Part shown: positions 1-12,000 of the stretch, piece after piece
Layout: the number at the start of each line of letters is the position of its first letter
Numbering within the stretch: the stretch's first letter is position 1
Assembly: GCF_002113885.1 (NCBI RefSeq)
Contig: NW_018407955.1
Span: 442,020-506,019 of the forward strand
Source: Mizuhopecten yessoensis
Lineage: Eukaryota
DNA: 64,000 nt
Reading direction: 5' to 3'
The notes under the pieces: generated by a model
What the model saw: only the letters and a program-made list of their open reading frames with translations
Database searches by the model: none
What the model was told of the DNA's origin: nothing
Position numbers and translations under genes: made by a program

Positions 1-90
1 CCCTGGCTTTGGTTGAAGCAGAGGGTATAACTAATATGGTGTAAATTATCTAATAAAATTTTGTGTATTTGTTGCCTGTAATAATCTTAC

Positions 91-3000
91 CTCATCTTCA
101 ATTTCACCGTCCTTGTTTTTCTTGTGCTTGTGTTTTTTATGCTTCTTGTGTTTTTTGTGCTTTTTCTTTTCCTTCTTCTTCTTTTTCTTGCCTGCAGCAT
201 CGTCTGACCCCTAGAATATTCAAAAGTATAATATTCTTAGGGCTATTAACAGGTATGAACATTTGAGAGACAGGGATACTTTTAATTAACACATAACAAT
301 GTCACAAGGACCCTTCGAGCCAGTTTTAGTTAAAATTTGACTAGTTTTTAAAGAAGAAGCATTTCATGTTTGGCAGGTCACACTTTGAGTCGAAGGGTCA
401 TGATATGAGGTTATTTTATTTATTTATATTAACTTTTTTTTGCAGCAGTTGCCTTATACAATTGTCAAAAATTATTCCCTTTTGTACCCAACTATATGTC
501 TGGTTTGAAACCAACACAATGCAGAAACAGTAGAGGCCTCTGGTAAAATTATTTCTCCTGCATTTAAAATACTTGCAGTCAACAAATTTCTCTCCATTTA
601 TGTTAAACCTATGTGAACTTTGGCTCATTGGTGCGGCCCTATTTAAAGTCAGAGGGACTTGATATGAGGTAACTATTTCTTGCTGCTACAAGTTTTCACA
701 AAATAAATAGCTAAGTACAGCTTTTTCTAGATCTTGAGAAGTTTAGTAAAAATTGTCTAAAACATTCCCTTTTGGGTTAAACCTCTTTGTCCTAATCTTA
801 AGTACTAGCTGCATGATCTGGGGAAAGTTTGATTCTTTTATGACTAATGTTTATTATTACATTTTTGTATTAATTGAGATATTGAATTCTATCTATTTTA
901 TAAAACTGACATCTTTCACATTGTAACATATATAACACTTGGTCCTTCCTTTACACTGCATCCAAAGTCACTTTTATTTCCTTGTCAGATGCAAGCAACG
1001 GTATAGAATAAGGGGTTGTTTTGGTACATTTTTCCTACATACAACTTAGAACTAGACATTTATCTACCAACAAAATGCATATTTTGTATTCAATCAAATA
1101 TTATCAGAAACAACAAAGATCACATTATCAAATCCCTAACATGTTTTGATCAAGTAGAATTTTTGTCATTTTTGGTAGCTTTTTTTATCAACAATGAATT
1201 ATTACATGACCTTTAAATTACTTCTTAAATGGAGGTGTTACAAAGACATGTGTTGACAAAATATTGTTATTGGATATTAAGTAACTGCTTTATTTATGTG
1301 AATAACTACCTCAAAGTCACTCCCTGATGGTGGGCTCTTGTCCTTGACCTTCCTCTTGAGACTGTCCTCACCATCCATAAAACTGTCGTCCCTGCCCTGG
1401 TGTGATCCTGGAGAAGCTTCTCCATCACGCTCTCTCTTGAATTGGTTGATAGTGATGGTCCTTTGAACGTCCTCATCTCTGCAGTCCCTCCCATGACTTG
1501 GCCTTCTCTCATCTCCTCTACCTCTGTGTGCTGGTTCAGGACTTGGCCTACCCCTTCTTTGGCGTGGACCATCTGGGGAGGGCGATTCCCATTGTCGTCG
1601 AGCAGGAGAGCGGATTTGTTTACCTCTTTGATAGGGAGGAGAGAGAGATGGTCTTCCTCGTTGAGCAGGAGGAGAGTCCGATTGTTTTCTTCTTCTTTGG
1701 GGAGGAGATCCTGATTGTCTTCTCCTCTGTAAGGGAGCTGATTCCAACTCCCCTTGCCTTGGAGGGGAGGGGGATCCAGACTTTTGTCTCCTTTTTTGCG
1801 AAGGAGAATCAGATGGTTGTCTTCTCTTCTGTCTAGGTGGAGAGCCAGATTCTCTCCTTCTTTGCGGAACTGGAGATACAGATGGTTTTTTCCTTTGTGG
1901 GGGAGGAGATCCAGATTGTCTCCTTCTTTGTGGGGGAGGAGATCCAGATTGCTTTCTCCTTTGCCGAGTAGGAGATCCTGATTGTTTTCTTCTCAGACTA
2001 GGAGACTGCTGTCTTTGATGCCTGGTTCTTTCAGGAGAGTCTCTTACACGAGAGTCACGGCGCTTTGGTGGAGGTGATGGTGAAGGACTGGGTGACATCT
2101 GTTGACGCTTTTTTAGACTACGGGGAGGAGAAGAACGTTGCTTTGACTGTGGTGAGCGTCTACGTCTTTGTTGCACTTCAGGGGAAGGAGATCTTTGCCT
2201 TCTTTTTGGAACTGGTGACTTCTGAGGACCAGGTGATGAAGACTTCCTAGATCGCTTTGTTTGACGAGGTGGTGGAGGAGAGACTGAAGACTCCTCTCCT
2301 TCCTCTGATGAGGAAGAGGAATCATCTGATGAATCTTTCTTCCTCATTTTGGGTGGAGGTGATTCATGTTTACGTCTCTTTTGCTGTGGTGAACCTTGCT
2401 CTCTGATCTTCCGCTGCTGGGGGGATGGTGATGGCTTCCTACGTGCCATACGTTGTGGTGATGTAGAGGCTTTCTGCCTCTGTGGTTGAGGCTCTGGTGA
2501 CCAAGATGATGATTCAGACTCAGACTGTTGTTCTCTCGATAATGGTGGTGGAGACTCTGAATCAGAGACTCTTTCTTTTTTCGGGATGACTTTTCTCTTT
2601 CTTGGGGGTGAATCTGGGGATCTCTTCCTTCTTGCAGCTGGTGGGGAGCGTTCCTTCTTTAGCTGAGGAGGTGAAGATGAAGATTCTTCCCTGTCCAAAT
2701 GCCATCTGGTTGGCTCTGGGGAATTGGATATATTCCCTCTCCTTCTGGGTGGTGGGGAATCTTCTGGGTGCATCCTCCTCTGGCGTGGAGGAGAGTCAGG
2801 GGACATCCTTCGTCGACGCTGAGGTGGAGGTGATGGAGAGAACTGGCGACGACGGTCAGGAGGCGGAGATCTTCGTCTGTTCATCTCACCACCGAATCTG
2901 CCTGGTGGTGACCTCATCCTCCTACCCTGGTAGGGAGGTGGTGATCTAGAGAGAGAGTGGCCCATTCTGCGCCTGTCCATCCTGAAATTTTAAAAATGTT

Positions 3001-6000
3001 TCGGATTTATTATAAATATCTATGCTCATCTGGGTAAATCAGTACTTTCCCAAGCCCTATTATTCATATTAGAACATGCAAGACCCTTGTCTATGTCAAG
3101 ACTTTGAACAGGATTGAATTCTAACAAATCAGTGACCCTTAGCTTTAAAATCCCTAGTCAAAATATTTAAATTCAAAAAAATCAATAGCATTTTACCATT
3201 TTCATAATAACTGTATCTGCATCAGTTTCTGAATAAATACATAATACATCCAGTTCGTTGCTGTCAATACAGGTAGGCAGCCAGCAATTTCTCATCAAGT
3301 ACTTTTGACATTTGTGTCAGGTTCATAAGCTATACACTTTACCTGGAAAGTCTTGGAATGTCACTGTAAATTACATACTACTTTTTCTGAACGACAACCT
3401 ACTCCAAATATTCTTGAAAGCACATACACCAGTCATCTATATTTTTAAGTCACAAGAGACAGTCTATACAGCAATTAATGTCTTGTTTCAAATAATAATG
3501 AACTAGTTGAGTTCTACCCTTCTCAAATCACATTTTCCAATGAAAAATTACTGCTTAACCTTGTCAATGAAATACAACATCAAAATATTATCTTCACTAT
3601 AAATATGTCTATCAGTAATGATAAATCACTTGCAACGATGAAGCTAATCTTAGGAATAATAATAATATATTGTTTTTCTACTTATATCAAGACTTTGAAG
3701 AACAAGAATTATTTCTTTGCATGCTCACTGGTTGAAAAGGAGAGAGAAATAAGATACCTTAGAGGAGGTGGTGAGGGAGACCTGCGATACTGTCGCCAGG
3801 GTGGGGAAAACCGAGGTGGAGATCTCCTGTTGCCGTACCAAGGACCTGGACTTTGTCGTCTAGGGGGAGAGAACCTATAACAAAATAATGTACGATTACG
3901 TTTCCTGGCTCAAGAGAATATAAACATATTCATAGAAGAGTCATAAATAATACCGAAGAAATATTTCTGTCAATTTTTTCATTTTCTTTCTGCAATAACA
4001 CCAATTATTGAAAATTGTAGAAATACTCCTATTCTTAAAACTGCATCCATGATTTCATTATAGTTTTTCCCATGTACCAATTTTTTCCTTCTTTAACTAA
4101 GCAAAAACCAATCGTTTATTATGATATGGTCAAAGTTGGAACCCCGCTTATTATATTTTTTTCTGCAGTGAATGGATTGTATAAGGTAAAAACTCAGGTA
4201 AGTTGTTCGTGTGAAACACCTGGACAATTGAACAATAGGTCCGGATGACTGTACATCACCCAAGGTGATCACCTGTCCACTCCAGGTAAATTTTTCACAC
4301 CTCGCTTCACCTCAGTCAGCGGAAAATGATAGATCGACCATCGCTTGCTGGTCATACATTTTAGTCTTAACAAAATATGTGGTGCAGTTAATTGCTATCT
4401 AAAACTGAAATAATTAGGCCCACCAACATTTTCTAACACAAATTCCCATAAGAAAACGAGCATGCCTTTCACAAATATTCACGGTCTACATTAACACGTC
4501 ATGTGTGAAAATCATGCCGATTTCAAAAAAAATATTACTTCAGAAAGAAGACATGTGTTTTGAATAATTTAAGCAATAGCTTCTCTATTGCATTAGAAGT
4601 TGATCTCCCCATGTCTCTGTTGATAAAATGTCAAAATCGGGACATACCGCCTTGACAATTTTGTATTTTTTTAATTGTTTCTTTGCATGTTGATCTCACC
4701 ACACGACTTGTGAGGCATGTGATTGTCACGTGATTGTAATTGACATAACGCTGCAAAATGTTTTACGCTTATGGGACAAAATGTAACTCAACTTCTTCGT
4801 TGCAAAATAGGTAAATCATGACTATTTATATCACTTCTTTCATTCTTTTGACTGTAACATTACGATATCGTTAGCTACAAGTGTAGGATGTAGTATAAAT
4901 ATAGTTCTTCGGAATATGCTCTAGTTATTTGAAAGTGAAAGTAGAATTTATACAAACTGATCATTTCGACGACAAAACAAAATCTTCTCAAATTTTTCCA
5001 ACACGCTGATATAAATAACAATGAACAAATTATTTCAATTATTACTTTGTATTTTTCTATGTTTCCATATCAATCTATGTCTGATTATCTCACTTCTGGT
5101 TCAGACAACATAAAAACGATTGAAAACAGCTTGATCGGTTTAATATTATGATATATCGGTTATTATGCTATTTTTCTCTGGCAAATAGAATATCACAATA
5201 AGTGGGTTCCACTGTATATATTACCTCCTGGAATAGGGCGAAGGGCGCCTCCTTTCTCTGGACATTGACCTGCGCATTGGACGACCATAAGGTGGTGAAC
5301 GTTTACGTTGTTGACCTCTCACAGCTTGACAAAGTGGAAAGAAATTTATACATGTAAGTCACAAGTATAAAAATTTACTTTTTTTGCCTAACAAGAACCA
5401 AGGTACAATAATGTGTTTACGGAGGAAATGCAAAATTCCCACACATGTCCATTGGACATCTTACATTGCATGAGAGCATATTGATATATTTCACAAGGAC
5501 TTCAACCTTAATAAAATATATCCAAATGAGTAACAACCATGTGCAATGTAGCTATGCAATAAAAACAGTACAACACATGTGGTTATCTGACATCTCGGAT
5601 TGTTCTTTATATGCATAACATATTTCCTGAAAAGCATTACTAGTCATTAACCAATATTAATGTTCAAGAGGCTTCTGTAAAACTTGCAACAGAAAAAGCA
5701 CTGAGGTCTGAACAATTACTTTTGGGATCTCATTTTTGTTTAAATTTGGCAATTTGATTGGTAGATAACTGATCAGTTCCAGTCAAAAAGTATGGAATTT
5801 AACAGTGTATGGCATAAAAACCATCTGTGTATCACTTTACTATATAAAGATTCATTGGGTATATAACAGTGTATTTTCACGGCAAGATTTATGTAGTCAC
5901 CTGGTGCTTCATCCTCTGAAGACGAATCATCTGATGATGAGGAAGAATCAGAATTAGCATCTGGGCCATGTGTGCGATAATTTCTTCGTTTTTGTACTCC

Positions 6001-9000
6001 TTGCTTGCCAGGAGAATCAGCATTGTCAGCACTGCTGTCATCTTTGTCTGCCTGTCAAGTGCATAAACATAAACATCACATCAATAAAAAGATGATAAGC
6101 TTAAACACTATGGATGAATCAGATGGTGTGAAAGCTATAACCAAACAGTAAATTTGTTTTCAATTGAACACAAGAAATTTTAACAAGAGACCCAAGAGAA
6201 ATCTTTGGGACCACTTTAAATTATTTGTTAGTTCCAGGTACCCACATTAGTTTTATCTTTCATCTTCTAGTCAAGAAGTCAAGAGCAAATATATTATATA
6301 ATTTTGGATATCAAAATTTCACTTTTGTCCTTTCAAAGTGAGGTTGTTGTCTGACCTATTTACTAGAATAGTGATTTGTAAAAAAAAGGGAAGAGACTTT
6401 TGGCAGCCATCTATATATTCTGGTCAAGAAGCCTGGAGCTAAAAATGCACCAACAAAATAGGGATCAGGAAGAACCTACTTATGAAATATCAGAAATATC
6501 TGTTCTGTAGCTTACTTCAATGATAAAATTAAAGATGTCTGCATAGTACTTATCTTTTTTTCAATCCGATAAAAATGAAACATGAACAACTAAGAACAAT
6601 AAGGAGGCTTCGTTGCTATGAGAAGGAATTCAAGGCAAATCACTTCAGTGCTTTGAGAAATAGAGGTAACTAATTTTAACAGTCAAATTAGTAAAATACT
6701 ATCTTCTTGGAATTCTTATGATCAGTTTCGAAATCGAAAAATTTACAACTAAGGGCTATTCCAGTTAAAAATGTCACCCACTAGCAGACTTTCATGAAAA
6801 AAACTTCCATTCCAGGTAGGTGTCAACAGAAAATCACTCATATACCATGTCATAAAATGAAAAAAATCACTTCTGTTCCAGGTAACAATTACTGAAAATT
6901 TATAAAAACCAATCTGTGTCATATTTTGACGTTACATGTCTTCAAGATACCTTTTTCACACACTATTCAAATACATAGGCCTAAATCAAATTCATCCATT
7001 GGAGTTTGGAGTTGTTTGTCGCCAAATGACGGCGATATCAGTCGTGGTACCACCCATATAATGACAATCTGATTATAAAAAAAATAACTGCTGTGGGTGG
7101 TTGCTTCATCGATTAAAAAATCACTTCTGTGGGTAGTTGTTTCATTGACTTAAAAATATTGCTTCTATGAGTGGTGTTTTAAGGGAATAAAACACTTCTA
7201 TTCCATCTGGCAATCTGAAAGAAATCGCTTCTGTTGGTGGTACCCCTTTGAAAAAAGGGAAGTCCCCTAGTGGGTGAAATTTTAACTGGAATAGCCCTAA
7301 GGACCAAGAGGATCAAACTTATGAAATAAGAAAATTCTGCAGTACTTCCGGAGAAATAGTGATAGTCTTCTTTGCTATATATTATCAGGGATAAATGCAG
7401 GAAAAGAAATGTGAATACTTACAGAAGAAGATCGTCTCCCAGATGGTTTACGAGGCGACGAATCATCTGAATCACTGGAGGAACCAGAGCTGTTACTGTA
7501 AAAGTGAAATTTTAAAAAGATGAGGTAAGATAGTGTTATGTAATTGTATACAAATTTACTCGACAGGAACTTATTGAATACATGCTTTAAGAGAAAGGTT
7601 TCTGAAACGCATCTCTTGGTATGGTTTACCTTTGGGCACGTTTTTTGCGGTCTGGACTAGGTGAGCGCCTTCGCCGAATTGGGGACCTGTCTCTCCTTGG
7701 GGATGGAGGGCGTCGGCGAGGAGATCGACGTCTGGGTGAAGGTGATCTTCGTGGTGATGGTCTCCTACGGCGTCTTGGTGATAGTGACCGTCGGCGCCTT
7801 GGAGATGAACCCCTTCTGTGATAGGGGGATGATCTGCGCCTCGGAGATGGCCTTGAACGTCGAGGTGATCTATGCCTAGATCGAGATCTGGATCTTTTTC
7901 TCCCTGGGGACCGTCTGTTTGACCTTTAAATATTGGAAATTATCAAGGAATTTAAAAATGATGTCTTTCCTATTACGGAACATTTAAAACTTATCAAAGA
8001 CAATCTCTGTTTTGTCATGATATTTCATTGAAACTTTATTTTCACGAACAATTTATTTTAAAATAGTGAATAATATATGATTTCCCCCACCTTGACCTTG
8101 ATTTTCTTCGCCTATGACGATCACCAGATCTTGACCTTTTCTTGCGGCTTGGACTGGCACTTCGGGATTTCCTTTTCTTTTCTGCCTCCTTAGATTCATC
8201 TTTAATCACCTCTTTGTCACCATCTTTATGATTTACAGCATCTTTTTCTTTCCCCTTGTCGTCATCACTGTAAAAAAAGTGTCCGACAATCATGTTTCAT
8301 GTATAACATACTGTTTTCTGACATCAGATTCTGTAATATTGATAAACTGTCCTCCGCTAAAGAGCAAAACTTTACTTTAACAGAAAATTCTGCACTTTCA
8401 GACAAGATGTAACTCACCTTGAAAAAACATAATGGTAGATAAGACATAATAATAAAAAAATCAAAAAAAAATCTATCAAAGATGTTTTTCAGACACATGC
8501 TGACAACCAATTCACGTAAGTACTTACTCTTTCTTCTCTCCATTTTCCTGTACTGCTTTGATCTCTGATGGTGCTGCATCATTTCCTCCCTTTATCTCCG
8601 ATACCGATTCTTTGTTTGTAGAGTCATTCTTATCAGTGCTACTTTTACTTGGTTTAGGTGAGGTGCTTCTTGATTTCCTATGAAATATATTGTGAAATTT
8701 TAGCACCCAAAATCAAACTAACCTGTGTAACAGAATCCCGCACAAAAGTAACAATTTTACGATGAAAAGTGAAACACGCTCATTAATATTGATTATTAAT
8801 TATATCAGAGGTATCTTCCACAATACCTTGTTCACATTTACTTTGATGAGTAGGACTGTGTGCTGCCATATCTAACAATATTCAGTATAACATTTGTCTG
8901 CAAGTTCTTCGATTTAATTCTGAATTGTGCATTTTCTGTGTCCGATTTACTGAAAACTTACCTGCGTGATGGTGACCTGTCTTTTTCCTTGTTATCTTGC

Positions 9001-12000
9001 TCCTTTCTTTCCTTCATCAGTGCTTCCTTGATTTGTTCTTCACTCTTCTTTAGACTGGCCTGAATACGTTCTTTTTCAGCCTTAGATAAAAAAATATTCA
9101 CATAAAGAACCAGTATATTGTATACCTATAGATGTTACAACATATATAAATAAACTAGAAATATGTCAGAATGACATGAAAGTCACCGCATCATTCTGTA
9201 TGATCATTTTCTGATAAATCATTGACCAAGCTACAACGGATATATTTCCACATGTCAATCAAAATGGTAAACAATAACCAGGTGTAAATACATACATGCT
9301 GTTCAGGTAGCAATGCCAACACATAGAATTAATAAGAAAGCATGTCGCAAATATAACGTTAGCGTTGACCGACACCTTGAGTACGGGGAGATCTGCGCGC
9401 TGACACGGTCACCTGGCTTGGGCAAACAGGTAATTTGAATATAACGATGTTGTTTTCACAGTGTTCAATAAGTTTCAGAAAAGATTCAATCTTATATACG
9501 GATAAATCTTTTGCTTATGAAATACACTTTCCAAGTAGTTTTCTGATCGTCTGCAAATCCGACTGAATCGGTCTTCAATATCGGCAGAATGTGTATGCTT
9601 AAAGGCAGTCACTCAAACAGGTCCGACGAGGACCGCCAACAGCCGAATTCGCGAGACATGAAGAACACCAAACAATTGTTTCTAAACATTTTCTTCAGGT
9701 TGGTAAGTATGGATTATGAGAAGTTCTTTTTACATAACCAATAACATTTTCTATGTGACGTTTCGATGACTAGCACGATATGTACACTTGTCACCTTCAT
9801 CAGACAAATGACCCATGAAGCGTATGCACACAAAGGTGTAAAATGTGTACGAGTTGTCCATAAAATTGATGTCGACTAAGCTGGAAACGTAGGTACAATA
9901 GTTGTTATATATGTACCGAAATGACTCAATTCAGCTACGCTTTGTTTACACTTGGTCATAGATGTGCGCGAGTCTTTGAGCCCCCTCGTCTCAATTTAGA
10001 ACTGGTCCACTGCTGCGTATCCAGATGGCTTCCTTTATCTGCCGCTTGAACAGATTGCTCTCTCTGTCTAAAACTTTGGAGTTATCCCAGTCAATCATAT
10101 GGTTTTTCTGTGTGGCATGATCTGTGATTGCCGATTTATTTATCTGGGACTCCGACTGTTTTCTTTCAGATCTGGTGAATTTCCTACCTTCTTGTGTTTC
10201 TGTGTCTTTCCAGTGTTCACCAAGACGGACCCAAAATCGCCTTCCAGTCTCTCCAATATATGACGCGTCGCAGTTTTTGCATCAGATTTTGTACATGCAT
10301 TCTGAAACCTGTTTGTGTGACTGCCTTTAAGCGTACACATTCTGCTGATATCGAAGAAACCAAACAATTGTGATTTCAGCAATTCTTTGACTCTTTGCGG
10401 TACACAAACTTGCTAACTTCATCACCTTACCCATGTCGTTTTGACACATTCCTACTGTCAAGATTGAAGAGTTCAGCATGATTTTACCCAAGAACGACAT
10501 TTTAACCACAGAGTGATAAACGCGATGCAATTTTTCGTTATGTTTCCTGATACGTTGGATTTATCAATTCACAATGTAGCGTCCTGAAAAGTTGGACCTA
10601 CTTTACTCTAGTTTATTTATCCTATCATATAATATGACTTAAACTTGCAACTTTTTGTAATTGTTAAATTGGCAATGCAATCGGGGATTATTCAACAAAG
10701 GTTAGCAGTTTTATTGCTGCGAGCATATTTCAAAACATTTCCGTAAAAAATACTCGAAAATTTTACAAGAAATGGTCGCGACCAAGGACTGGTTTTGGAC
10801 TGTTCTTGAGTATCGTGTACACCCCTTTCTTAACACTTCATTTTTCCTTAAAAAAGTGTGCACTATATGCAAATATTAACGGTAGTCGTTGGTCAGACAA
10901 AAAATATCTGAATCAGTAAATAGCAAAGTATAATACGACAGTTTACCCCTTCGGAAACCTCAAAGGTGTCCGATTCATACTGGGCCATCTTTAGGTTACA
11001 GGCCCAAAAAATATATAGTCTTGTTTCCTGCGACTGACCAGAAAAAAAAGGTGGGTAGGAAGGAAAAATAGGTATTTCAAGCTGAATTTTAGTCCTGTTT
11101 AATTTAAGAACTTAATACAGTGCCTAGGGAAAATCGGATTTAAGCACCAGAAAGATAATTTTAAAATCATTTTTGTCAGCAAATGTGATTGGCAAAATGA
11201 AAACAGAGATTATAAACTTCATTTATGACATAAGACGCAGTTCATTTACACAGAAATTCTCAGGTCATTCTCAAATGACACAGCTTATTACAGGGAATGC
11301 AGAAAAAACCCAGACATTCACTTCCAATGTACTTACTTGTCTTTTTTTAATTTCCTCCTTTTTCTGAGCTATGAACTTCTCTGGAATCCCCCCAATGTTC
11401 TCCTGAGCACTGCATAGAAGCTCCCACAATTCATGCATGAAGGTACGGGAATTCTTTGGGTTGAGGAAGCCAGTCAGGTTGATCTGCATTTCTTTTGGAT
11501 CCGGATACTGCAGTGTACAAACAGGGAAGTCCAGGCGTTCAGACAAATTTGCTTCAAACGAGTTGATATTATTGCAATGAAACATTTTCATTTTATTGTT
11601 ATTATTTTAAAGTTATTTCTAAGAGATTAAATAGAATAGAGACTGAAATGCAACAATTTCACAAAATTTTGAAATTAATAAAGACAACTGCATGTTTTTC
11701 AGATGAAGTCACTAATTTATCAGCTGTAAAGTAACTAACTTGATATCTATGCACACATGTGTCTGCATCATCTTGTGCCAGTAACAAAACCAGATTGTAA
11801 GAGAAAGACATTTGACAAATTGGCAACAATCCCAGTATTTCAAGGTGAAAGTGTGACTGTAAAGTATGAACAGTCCCGGTAAAAATCCATGGAATTGACC
11901 GATAGAATACACTTAGTGCATTAAACACACTGTTTGAGGCTTTCAGTTAGAACTTTATTCCTTTCCGATGGAGCAAGATCTCTGCCTGCAATGAAGGTGA

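Noticed and set aside
280-900. Degenerate interspersed-repeat-like sequence (also about 6180-6750, 14580-14920, 55780-55920, 62230-62800)
   Set aside because: Looks repetitive, but I could not define termini or family from the sequence alone
1306-2949. Several overlapping plus-strand and alternate-frame ORFs (also 3605-3880, 7621-7879)
   Set aside because: Shadows of low-complexity SRRM1 coding exons
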